Part shown: positions 10,740 to 19,784 of the stretch, piece by piece
How the letters are laid out: each line of letters begins with the position of its first letter
Numbering within the stretch: the stretch's first letter is position 1
Origin: Candidatus Latescibacterota bacterium
GTDB taxonomy: Bacteria > Latescibacterota > CBDEFO01
Direction: 5' to 3'
Assembly: GCA_965237525.1 (NCBI GenBank)
Contig: CBDEFO010000008.1
Location: 448,001 to 512,000, forward strand
DNA: 64,000 nt
Notes under the pieces: model-generated
Seen by the model: only the letters and a program-made list of their open reading frames with translations
What the model was told of the DNA's origin: nothing
The model's database searches: none
Program-made: the position numbers and the translations under genes

Positions 10740-10896
10740 GCGGTGCCGCGCGGATGCTGACGGGAAAATTCCCGTACAACCCCTGTTCAACGACGCGGAC
10801 GGTACGAGCCAGCGGGAGAGTTTCAGGCGGTATCTGACGACCGCCTTCTCCAAATTGATCGCAGGCGGCCTGCCGGTCCAGGACGCGCTGGTGGCC

Positions 10897-11500
10897 TCAG
10901 GGCTGATCGGAGCGACCGGAGAATGACACAAAGCCAACTTTGAGCCGTCCCCAGGACCGCCCCGCAACCGCCGTTGAAGCTGATCCCGGATAAAAAGCCG
11001 GAGCCGAGGATGAACTCCTCACCGAGGGCGGTATATGGGACGGCGTACCCCACCTTATGCGAGCCGGTCTCTTCGTCCCCTGCTACTGCTGGATCGTCCC
11101 AGAGATACTCGACGTAACCGCCTCCCTCAGCCGCCGCGGCGAGGATCTCCTGCATAATTTTGACTCCATTGGAGTCTTCGAGATCGTACAGGTTCCGACC
11201 CTCGAGGTCCGGATCGACCGCGTGAAAGACTACGACACCATCCGTGGTTCCGACATAGAGGTAGACGGAGCCCTGCTTCCAATCCCCGCCGGCCCTGAAG
11301 CTCTCCAAGGCGTCCCGGTACCCGGAAAGGGTCTCGAAGCTATCCAGGTACTCCCTCGCCTCCAGCACGAAGGCTTTCAGGGATTCCCGGTCTACCACGT
11401 CACTGGCCGTTACCTTCGCGTCGTTCTGGGCAACGGCGGGGTTCACTGCGAAGAAGAGGCTGGCCAGCCCCAGAATGATTGCTGCTGTCAGGCGCTTCAT
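10897..11500 (-). pseudogene. Secreted single Cache-domain protein with a +1 frameshift just before its C-terminal tail
   Basis: Signal peptide; YLYV..H, DSNG, GGGYVEYLW, KVGY and GSGF motifs; removing one T at 10992-10996 gives GFYPGSASTAVAGRSWGRLK..stop. Confidence 0.75.
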
Positions 11501-11506
11501 GATGGT

Positions 11507-11549
11507 CTCCTCGGCCGCAATGCCCACGGCCCGTCCGTGTGGTGCCCTA
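11507..11549 (-). repeat. 43-bp direct repeat, copy 2
   Basis: Identical to 10697-10739; its GAGGAG end lies 6 nt before the Cache ATG. Confidence 0.95.
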
Positions 11550-11774
11550 ATGGCCTTCTCCCCCGACCCCGGTCGAGTCAGCGAAATCTAAATCCAAGTC
11601 GTCTGGGAGTACGATTTCCTCAAACAAGTCAATGAGGGTCGAGTCATCTGCAGCAAAGCGGAGGCCGGCGACGGACCCGCCGTCGTTTGCGGCGACGAGG
11701 CCGGCAACGGCAGCGGACGGAGCGGCGAGCGGAGCGGCCCCGACCTGTACCAACGATTTTTCAGTGGTGTCCAC
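11547..11774 (-). CDS. Small acidic Ala-rich protein (75 aa), function unknown
   Basis: AGGAGG RBS 7 nt before a GTG start; the stop is the first TAG of the 43-bp repeat. Confidence 0.55.
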   Translation of the reverse strand: MDTTEKSLVQVGAAPLAAPSAAVAGLVAANDGGSVAGLRFAADDSTLIDLFEEIVLPDDLDLDFADSTGVGGEGH

Positions 11775-12192
11775 GGTGCGACCTCCTGGGAAAGGGAATA
11801 ACTTGCGATAACTGTAATATAAAGACTTTATACTCTAAATCAAAGGCGTTGGTTCATTCAGGAGGTTCGTCAAGTGTTCTTTTTTGCAGTTTGGGGAGGC
11901 TTCACTTATCTCATTAGGTTCAAATTCAGCAGACAGATCTAAAACGCAGTTCAAAGGATCCTTCAGGAATAGGACCTTTCCGGATCCTAATCCGCGGCCT
12001 GGTCAGGAAGAATGTTTCCTCATGTGCGGAATAAATCTTAAATGTTCAAGGGCCCAGCATTTTCCTTCAATGAATGCCACTGGTGCAGAACGTCGGGAAA
12101 GAGTTGAGTTAGTAAACTGTTTCTCCTAATTAGGCAGTTTTGTAGGTTTTGGTAATAACAACGTAATTCAACCTCTTACTACTTTAGCAAGG

Positions 12193-12208
12193 AGCAACAT
12201 TCGTGCCA
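12193..12208 (-). promoter_or_regulatory. Sigma54 (-24/-12) promoter
   Basis: TGGCACGAATGTTGCT is an exact match to TGGCACG-N4-TTGCW. Confidence 0.7.
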
Positions 12209-12436
12209 AAAAGACAGAACTCCAGAACTATGCAGTTTTCTTTTGGAGGTTAGCAAGGCTTGGCTTACCTTATATCTTGTTTCCTGTCTATCCCTAGCCG
12301 ACTTTAGCCCTCTTTGGCATCAACACGGAAAACTAAATGAACAAATCTTAGGTGCCATATCTTGCTGGCATAATATCTTTCTTGACACTGACGATATCTA
12401 ACGTGTAAAAACTCTACCGAAAAAGCACTACTTCCT

Positions 12437-14293
12437 TCATTTACCTTGACCAGGTATATCATTTCCACGTGCTAATTCTGTTCCTTTCAAATACTCTTCA
12501 TAGACCTTGCGATCCTTCAGAATGTCGATAGCAGTCTTCAGCTGCTTATCTATTGCAAACCCCGCTCTGTACCTGGCTTCTGCGCCCCAGAGCCTCGATA
12601 CAATCTGCATGGCAATTGAGCCTTTAATATATTCCAAACTTTCCTGGAAATCCTTTTCTTCCTGTTCCTCTATCTGCTTTTTCACGATTTGCAGATGCGT
12701 TTCTGCCTCTTGGCTGTACCCGTTTTTGTTCAGGATTTCCTCAAGGTCTTCTAACTGCATCTCGCCTTCGACTACATAATCGAACCCCCGAGAAGAATCC
12801 GCTATAAACTCCCTAAATTGGGCGATCGCGTCATCGTCCAACTCAAAATTCCTCCCCATATTCGGATGCGAAGCTGCATAATGAACCGCAAATGAGAAAA
12901 ACATCCTCTTCTTCATAAGCTCAAGCGCGTAGCGAGGAATATCATCGTTCACCACTATATCGGGGTCTATGCCCCCTCCTCCGTATACTGTTCGCCCTCC
13001 CGCCGTGAATTTCTTTTCTTTTTCACTATTGCTCTCCCGTGCAACCTGAGACACCAACTGGGCCAGATTCTTATTCATAAGAAACTCTGCCTGATTGTAT
13101 GTAAGGCCCAACTTTTCCATCAAAAGACTCTTCATCGAATCTTCATCCGTTGCGTCCTTCATAATTGAGATCAAAGCGTCTATGCTTATTAGTCTCCCAT
13201 CTACAGGGATAATTCCGCCCAGACCTTTCCGTTCCTTATGAATACTCCTCCCGCTGGGAGTATAATACAAAGCAGTGGTCAACTTAAGCAAAGACCCATC
13301 ACCCACGTTCATCACAGTCTGCACAGACCCCTTCCCAAAGGTTGTAGCACCTAATATCAACCCCCTGTCTGAATCCTGGATAGCCCCAGCTACGATCTCT
13401 GCTGCACTAGCACTCTGACTGTTCACCAGAACTATCAAGGGCACGTCCTCGATTACGGGGTCTTGTTCCGCCCTGTAAATCCGTTCCTGACCAGGTCCTC
13501 TCCCCCTGGTTGAAAGGATTGTGTCTCCTTTCTTTAAGAACTTGTCTGCCACCTCAGTTGCCTGCGGCAGTAATCCTCCTGGATTGTTCCTCAAATCCAG
13601 GATAATACCCTTGGCGCCCTCCTGCTTGAACTTAAAGAGAGCCTTTTGAATATCCCGTTCCGTATCTTCTGAAAACCGCGTCTGGAACATCCGTATGTAG
13701 CCTATGCTGTCGTCGATCACATCCGCAAACGACACACTCTTAATAGTAATCACAGCTCTTATAATCGAGAACTCTATTGGCGTGTCAAGGCCCTCCCTTG
13801 CTACCGTAATGTTCACCTGAGTTCCCGGAACGCCCCTTAAAAGCGCAACCACGCCACCCAGACTCTTCTCCCTTGTAGGTTCTCCCTCAATCTTCACGAT
13901 CCGATCGCCCGCTAAAAGGCCTACCTTATCAGCCGGCGTCCCCTCGAGCGTCCATATGACAGTGGGATAGCTGTCCTTTTGGGATATGCTGATCCCTAAT
14001 CCCCCGAATTCTCCCTTGGTATCTATCCTCAACTGTTCCGCTGCCCTCTCACTTAGGAACTGACTGTAGGGATCTAAGTCGCTCAACATCCCCTCTATCC
14101 CAGTTTCAAGCACATCGTCCGGTTCCAGCTCCTTATAGTAGTGGTACAGAATCTTTTTGTACACATCCCACATATCCTCCATGTCCTCGTCCACATCCTG
14201 ATATTTATCCTTGCCCGTAGCGTAGTCTGAATACAATCCCCATCCTGCTGTCAGGATGATTAGAAAAACGATTAAGGTCCATTTGCGCTTCAT
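12437..14293 (-). CDS. ctpA: S41A carboxyl-terminal processing protease
   Basis: Signal/TM, LDPYS, PDZ (GLGI), DLRNNPGG, SASAAEIVAG and TFGKGSVQ motifs. Confidence 0.93.
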   Translation of the reverse strand: MKRKWTLIVFLIILTAGWGLYSDYATGKDKYQDVDEDMEDMWDVYKKILYHYYKELEPDDVLETGIEGMLSDLDPYSQFLSERAAEQLRIDTKGEFGGLGISISQKDSYPTVIWTLEGTPADKVGLLAGDRIVKIEGEPTREKSLGGVVALLRGVPGTQVNITVAREGLDTPIEFSIIRAVITIKSVSFADVIDDSIGYIRMFQTRFSEDTERDIQKALFKFKQEGAKGIILDLRNNPGGLLPQATEVADKFLKKGDTILSTRGRGPGQERIYRAEQDPVIEDVPLIVLVNSQSASAAEIVAGAIQDSDRGLILGATTFGKGSVQTVMNVGDGSLLKLTTALYYTPSGRSIHKERKGLGGIIPVDGRLISIDALISIMKDATDEDSMKSLLMEKLGLTYNQAEFLMNKNLAQLVSQVARESNSEKEKKFTAGGRTVYGGGGIDPDIVVNDDIPRYALELMKKRMFFSFAVHYAASHPNMGRNFELDDDAIAQFREFIADSSRGFDYVVEGEMQLEDLEEILNKNGYSQEAETHLQIVKKQIEEQEEKDFQESLEYIKGSIAMQIVSRLWGAEARYRAGFAIDKQLKTAIDILKDRKVYEEYLKGTELARGNDIPGQGK

Positions 14294-14379
14294 ACCTAAT
14301 CTCCTTGAGAAAAGACATTAATGTCAGTATTTATTGTATATCACTCAAAGGATATAGTGTTTCTGGGTTGTGTCATACA

Positions 14380-15018
14380 TCACAGAGCCAAAAGCGAGTG
14401 AAGTCTCTCCCAGATCACCTTCTTTACCTCCCCCCAAACACTTTCTACGCCCCCACTTCCATCTATTATAATGACCCGCTGTGGCTCTATCCTGGCTATC
14501 TCCAGATACCCTTTTTTGACTCTGCAGTGAAACTCCCTGTCCTCGCTTTCCAGCCGGTCAGGCGGGGTTCCTCTTTGCTCTATCCTGCCCTGCGCCACAT
14601 CAACAGGTAAATCTATCAATATTGTAAGGTCCGGCGCTATCCCCTTCGTAGCTATGCTGTTCAAAGAGGAGATAACCTCCATATCCAGCTGTCTTCCGTA
14701 GCCCTGATATGCTAAGGTAGAATCTGAGAAACGCTCGGATACCACAATCTTTCCCTCTTTCACCGAAGGGCCGATTACTTCCTCAACGTGCTGAGATCTG
14801 CTTGCCATATAGAGAAAAAGCTCCGTGAGCCCTCCTATCCTTGCATTTCTCTTATCCTTTACAAGCTTTGAAATCCACTCCGAAATCTCTGTTCCCCCGG
14901 GCTCTCTGGTAATTACTACATCTACCCCTTTGCCCTGCAGTCTCTCCCCCAGCCGCCGTACCTGGGTGGACTTCCCGCAACCATCTATGCCCTCAAAAGT
15001 TATAAAGTATCCCTTCAC
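14380..15018 (-). CDS. tmk: Thymidylate kinase
   Basis: FITFEGIDGCGKST, TREPGGT and STLAYQGYGR motifs; likely GTG start at 15018. Confidence 0.93.
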   Translation of the reverse strand: MKGYFITFEGIDGCGKSTQVRRLGERLQGKGVDVVITREPGGTEISEWISKLVKDKRNARIGGLTELFLYMASRSQHVEEVIGPSVKEGKIVVSERFSDSTLAYQGYGRQLDMEVISSLNSIATKGIAPDLTILIDLPVDVAQGRIEQRGTPPDRLESEDREFHCRVKKGYLEIARIEPQRVIIIDGSGGVESVWGEVKKVIWERLHSLLAL

Positions 15019-15274
15019 AACAACCCCCAAACTGTCCATAATCCCTATAATGTAGGACTTCACCAGCGCCCAAATAGCTGCCAAGTATTTTCAGTTCTAA
15101 AGAAAACATTCCAGACCACCTCAAAGATGTATATCCTTCGTCGCAATTTGCTCGGATATGCAACCCCAGCAATTAGCGGGCTCATTCGCAATTAGCGCGC
15201 TTATTCCCTGAATATCCCGGCTCTGAACTTTGCATCCAAAAGCCCTTATAGGGCTCTTTCTGCTGGCGATGAAT

Positions 15275-16333
15275 TTACAAATCGTCTCCTTTGAACTCAA
15301 GCACAATCTGATCCATCTTGATGAGATCATCGCTTTTTAGAATCCTCTCCATCAACCTCCTGCCGTTTACAAAAGTCCCGCTGGAGCTGTGTAAATCGTA
15401 AAGAGTATATTTATATCCTTCTCTGGTTAATTGGACTTGATTTCCCACCTTAAAGCTCCAATACCCTTTCTGCAACCTTCCTGCAACTACAATTCTCAAG
15501 CCCGATCCTGTGTCATCTGGAATCACAATGTCACAGGTCCGGTCTCTGCCCACCGTAATGATATCCTTATCTAGAGTAAACTCTTTACCCGCTGCTGATT
15601 TATTTTTCCCCACTAGCTTCTCTTGGCCTTGCCGCGTCACTAACTCAAGCTCTAAATCATCGAACTTGATCCTCTGTCCATCATCCAAGGGATACCCGGA
15701 CCCCTTTAACCCATTCGCGACCCCCCCGTCAGCGCTCCCGACATCCAGCAGGGTGTATATTCCCGACCTGAATATCTGAGCATGTCTTTCGGACACTCCT
15801 TTGAACGGGAGCTTCAGATCGCTGTCTTCAGATCTCCCGATCAGGCACCTGACCTTGTTCAATCTGTACTGCGGTGGATGTTCTGTGGTGGGCGTCGTCT
15901 GCCCTGCAGCCGTCAATATGAGTCTCCCCCCTGAGTATACATTCACAGACTTTCGTAGGATCAGCTTAAATCGGAAAGGGGAATCGGTCCTTCCAACAAC
16001 AATATCGTTGAACTCTCTGTCCAAGAGCACCTGGCCGCTCTTCCTGTCGCCGCCGATACGGATCCCGTTGACTATCGTGCCGCAGACGCTCCCCAGGTCA
16101 GATATATAGAACATACCGTCTCTAAAATCGATCTGAAAATGTTCCTTTGAGACATTAAGCCGCTCGTCCGCATCTACCAGATAGAGGTAGTTGCCGGGCG
16201 TATTCTCCTTATATCTCGGCCTTTTGTCCTTCGTCACGTCCCTGCCTACTTTGAAAGGAAAGCGGGATAAAGAAATCTCCTTCCCCTGCATTTCTCCCGA
16301 CACACCGATTAACAAAGCGTCTCTTTCAAGCAT
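15275..16333 (-). CDS. Multi-FHA-domain protein
   Basis: Three GR...(SxxH)...DLxS..GT.VNG-like units. Confidence 0.8.
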   Translation of the reverse strand: MLERDALLIGVSGEMQGKEISLSRFPFKVGRDVTKDKRPRYKENTPGNYLYLVDADERLNVSKEHFQIDFRDGMFYISDLGSVCGTIVNGIRIGGDRKSGQVLLDREFNDIVVGRTDSPFRFKLILRKSVNVYSGGRLILTAAGQTTPTTEHPPQYRLNKVRCLIGRSEDSDLKLPFKGVSERHAQIFRSGIYTLLDVGSADGGVANGLKGSGYPLDDGQRIKFDDLELELVTRQGQEKLVGKNKSAAGKEFTLDKDIITVGRDRTCDIVIPDDTGSGLRIVVAGRLQKGYWSFKVGNQVQLTREGYKYTLYDLHSSSGTFVNGRRLMERILKSDDLIKMDQIVLEFKGDDL

Positions 16334-16758
16334 AATAGCGCGCTCCTATCAGGGAGACTTGGAAAGTTTATTATGCCTATAACTCGTTATTCAACATCTA
16401 CTTCGGTCTACCACTACTATTTTGGAACGCAGAGCAATTTAAGGCGTCTTAAGAATTAGAACCGAACCACACGCCAGGTGCCCTTCCCCGAGTAGGAGCT
16501 TTAGCTTGAGAAAAAGCGTACACAGCGACCGAAATTTGGGGAAGGGCACTTTTTTTAGGGAAAACTATATGATCGACAGGACAAGAGAATAATTCTGAAC
16601 AGAACAGCAAGCCTAAATCTATTCTAATTACACACTTACAGTACTGACCCTGGACTTATCCATCGTTGTCGCCAGGGGCAGCGGTTGCAGGTCCTAATCT
16701 ATTACTCGGAAGAACGAGTTCGGTTCAACGTGTGATCAATAGATTGTTCGCCCTTCTT

Positions 16759-17865
16759 TTAGTCAGCTTTCTCCTTTTGGGAGCACTTACCGTACTTGGC
16801 TATGAATTCATCGAGTCTGTCCCTTGCCTCATCGTCTCGTAACTGCTCGGGAGGGGATTTCATAAAATATGACGAAGGGGCATTAAGAGCTCCCTTCAAA
16901 CCGTGATCTAAACCTAACTTGCAGCACCTTACAGCGTCGATTACGACCCCCGCAGAATTGGGTGAGTCCCACACCTCTAATTTGAGCTCCAGTTCAAGCG
17001 GCACATTTCCGAACGATGTGCCCTCCATCTTTAGGTAGCACCATTTCCGGTCACCGAGCCAGGGCACATAATCGCTGGGTCCTATGTAGACATTCTTCTC
17101 GCCTATATCGTAATCCAACTGAGACGTTACGGCGTTCGTCTTACTTGTCTTTTTGGATTCCAGCCGCGAGCGTTCGAGCATGTTCAGAAAATCCGTATTG
17201 CCTCCCACATTCAATTGACTCGTCCGCTCCAACTTGACGCCTCTTTCTCTGAAGAGCCTCGTCAATACACGGTGAACGATGGTAGCCCCGACCTGAGATT
17301 TGATGTCGTCGCCTATGATGGGTAGTCCCCGCTCTTCGAATCTCTTTTGCCAGTACTTATCCTCCGCGCTGGCTATGAATACAGGTACGCAGTTTACAAA
17401 TCCACATCCTGCATCCAGAACCTGTTCCACGTACCACCTAGTGGCCTCTTCACTCCCGACAGGAAGAAAATTTAAAACCACGTCTGTGCCTGTGTCCTTC
17501 AATATCCCAACGATGTCAGAAGTCGCCCCCGGAGCCTTCTCTATAACCTGTGACAGATAATGACCGATGCCATCGTGCGTCATCCCGCGCCCCACAGGAA
17601 CACCAAGATGAGGTACATCGGCGAACTTTATAGTGTTGTTAGGCTTAACGAATATTACGTCTGCTACGTCCTTGCCGACTTTGTTCTCGTCAATGTCGAA
17701 CGCGGCTGATATTTCGATGTCACGGATATGGTAGCCCCCTAAATTTACATGCATAAGCCCCGGGACGAACTCATTCTCATCAGCGTCTTTATAAAAATGT
17801 AGTCCCTGAATAAAGGCTGATGCACAGTTCCCTGCACCTATAATCCCAACCCTCACTTTGCTCAT
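16759..17865 (-). CDS. ino1: myo-inositol-1-phosphate synthase
   Basis: [36 protein letters not shown] and YFMKSPP motifs; RBS plus ATG at 17865. Confidence 0.95.
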   Translation of the reverse strand: MSKVRVGIIGAGNCASAFIQGLHFYKDADENEFVPGLMHVNLGGYHIRDIEISAAFDIDENKVGKDVADVIFVKPNNTIKFADVPHLGVPVGRGMTHDGIGHYLSQVIEKAPGATSDIVGILKDTGTDVVLNFLPVGSEEATRWYVEQVLDAGCGFVNCVPVFIASAEDKYWQKRFEERGLPIIGDDIKSQVGATIVHRVLTRLFRERGVKLERTSQLNVGGNTDFLNMLERSRLESKKTSKTNAVTSQLDYDIGEKNVYIGPSDYVPWLGDRKWCYLKMEGTSFGNVPLELELKLEVWDSPNSAGVVIDAVRCCKLGLDHGLKGALNAPSSYFMKSPPEQLRDDEARDRLDEFIAKYGKCSQKEKAD

Positions 17866-17965
17866 AGAGTAACTCCTTATGTTACAAATAGATGCCAGAT
17901 TTAAAGATATTAAATGGTCTATTAATAGAAGCAATTGATCGATGCCACTGGGGAACGCTACTTTT

Positions 17966-18565
17966 TTAAGTCGACGCGATCTCCTTTTTCGACTTTTTCC
18001 AGATGTACCACAACCTCTCGCCCACAGTGTAGTTGGCCAGAAGAGCGATAACCCATATAGCCACCATAAGCCCGTTCTTCCCTATGATAGCGCCGAGTCC
18101 GATCAAGATGACGCGCTCTGGTCTCTGCATAAAGCCGACTTTACACTCCTCCCCTAAGCCTTCCGCTCTGGCGCGCACATAGCTGACCATAAGCGAGCCG
18201 ACCAGCGCGAAAAATATGGCAATGCTTGTGATCCACCAATGAGCCAGGATCGAATAATAACCTATTCCAAACCAGACGATGGTCTCCGAGTAGCGATCAA
18301 CGGTAGAATCCAACAGCGCTCCGAACTTCGTCGTACTGCCGGACACCTTTGCCACCTGTCCATCCAAGGCGTCGCAAAGCCCGGCCAGCAGGACTGTAAT
18401 CCCGGCAAGAAGAAATCCCTCTTCTATAAAGAGATATGCTGCATAGAGGTTCAGAATAAACCCCGACAGAGTAATGACATCCGGATGGATGTTCAGCTTA
18501 ACCAACAGCCTAACCAAGGGCTGTACGAAGACCGAAAATTCCTCTTTTAGCCTTTCTCTGATCAC
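17966..18565 (-). CDS. CDP-alcohol phosphatidyltransferase (phosphatidylinositol-phosphate synthase-like)
   Basis: [19 protein letters not shown] and [17 protein letters not shown] motifs; adjacent to ino1. Confidence 0.88.
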   Translation of the reverse strand: MIRERLKEEFSVFVQPLVRLLVKLNIHPDVITLSGFILNLYAAYLFIEEGFLLAGITVLLAGLCDALDGQVAKVSGSTTKFGALLDSTVDRYSETIVWFGIGYYSILAHWWITSIAIFFALVGSLMVSYVRARAEGLGEECKVGFMQRPERVILIGLGAIIGKNGLMVAIWVIALLANYTVGERLWYIWKKSKKEIAST

Positions 18566-18601
18566 CTTACATCTCCGTCTTTGACTTCCCCAAAAAAGAG
18601 T

Positions 18602-19333
18602 CTATTCTTTTTCGCCTCCCTTTACTACAACAACAAACTCCCCCTTTGGAACCTTCTCTTCAAAAACCCCTACAAATTGACCTAACTGGCTCCTTAAAGT
18701 CTCTTCAAATCTTTTGGTCAATTCTCTCGAGATGGAGACCTCTCTGCCCCCAAATATCTCATAAGCGTCCTGAAGCATCACCTGGAGCCTGTGCGGAGTC
18801 TCATAAAAGATCATGGTGCGCTTTTCGCACTTAAGCTCTTTAAGACGCTGCTTCCTTTTTGCAGCTTTCCGAGGCAGAAACCCCTCAAAGACGAATCTGT
18901 CAGTAGGCAATCCTGAGACCACAAGCGCCGCAAGAGCAGCGCAGGGCCCAGGGATCGGCACAACCTCAACCCTTTGAGAAACGGCAAGTCTAACCAGTCT
19001 GTACGCCGGATCGGAAATGCCAGGGGTCCCCGAGTCAGATACTAAGGCGACATCCAGACCTTCGCTCAGGGATTGGACGATAGCCGGTCCCTTTTCCTCC
19101 TTATTAAAGTCGTGAAAGCTGGTAAGGGAAGTATCTATCCCGAAATGCGAAAGGAGCTTGCGTGTTCTGCGCGTATCCTCAGCCGCAATAAAGCTCACCT
19201 CTTCGAGGATCCTCTTGGCGCGAAATGTGACGTCCTCAAGATTGCCTATAGGAGTGCTGACGATAAAGAGAGTCCCTGTGCCCGTTTGATTCTTACGGAT
19301 GGATGCTCCACTTTTCACCGAAAGGTTGTCCAC
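18602..19333 (-). CDS. rsmI: 16S rRNA Cm1402 methyltransferase
   Basis: STPIGNLED, AEDTRRT, SDSGTPGISDP and RELTKRFE motifs. Confidence 0.95.
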   Translation of the reverse strand: MDNLSVKSGASIRKNQTGTGTLFIVSTPIGNLEDVTFRAKRILEEVSFIAAEDTRRTRKLLSHFGIDTSLTSFHDFNKEEKGPAIVQSLSEGLDVALVSDSGTPGISDPAYRLVRLAVSQRVEVVPIPGPCAALAALVVSGLPTDRFVFEGFLPRKAAKRKQRLKELKCEKRTMIFYETPHRLQVMLQDAYEIFGGREVSISRELTKRFEETLRSQLGQFVGVFEEKVPKGEFVVVVKGGEKE

Positions 19334-19539
19334 ACAGATATGGATAGTTCCGGGGATTCCTTTCTCAGCACCGCTTTTGTGTTGGACCGAGGCATAGCGC
19401 TTAAAAACGTTCCCACAAGATTCTTCCTATTTGCAGTGGAACATGGGAGTGAAGAAAACTGGAGGTCTGCTCACCTTCGAACTAAATATATCATAATTCT
19501 TAATGGGTTGCAAGTGAAATTTTGTGTCCGTCCTAGTTT

Positions 19540-19770
19540 ACAATGTGAACGTGTTGTCCACATAGTTGTCCACATCTTATCTTTTCAATGTGGAATAGAT
19601 GAATTTACTCTTAACTATATCATTAATATACAAAATGTTAGGCTGAACGATAAATCTTAACACAAGTTGCTCCGTATTCCTTGAATAATGTGGATAACCT
19701 TATCACAATATTCTTAACATACTGTTTATCTATATCTTATCTAATATCCAATAATGTGGATATCTGGTGA
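19540..19770. promoter_or_regulatory. DnaA-box cluster in an AT-rich intergenic region (origin-associated)
   Basis: TGTGGATAA at 19689, TTGTCCACA at 19554 and 19566, TGTGGAATA at 19589, TGTGGATAT at 19755. Confidence 0.75.
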
Positions 19771-19784
19771 ATAGTTTCGTACGA

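Noticed and set aside
10737..10967. 76-aa ORF ending in the TAG of repeat copy 1
   Set aside because: It overlaps the corrected Cache C-terminus, has no RBS and has non-protein-like composition
10697..11549. 43-bp repeats as a CRISPR array or attC sites
   Set aside because: There are only two copies 810 bp apart, with no cas or intI gene and no RYYYAAC..GTTRRRY ends
19073..19660. 195-aa + strand ORF
   Set aside because: Antisense to rsmI and running through the DnaA-box region; a shadow ORF
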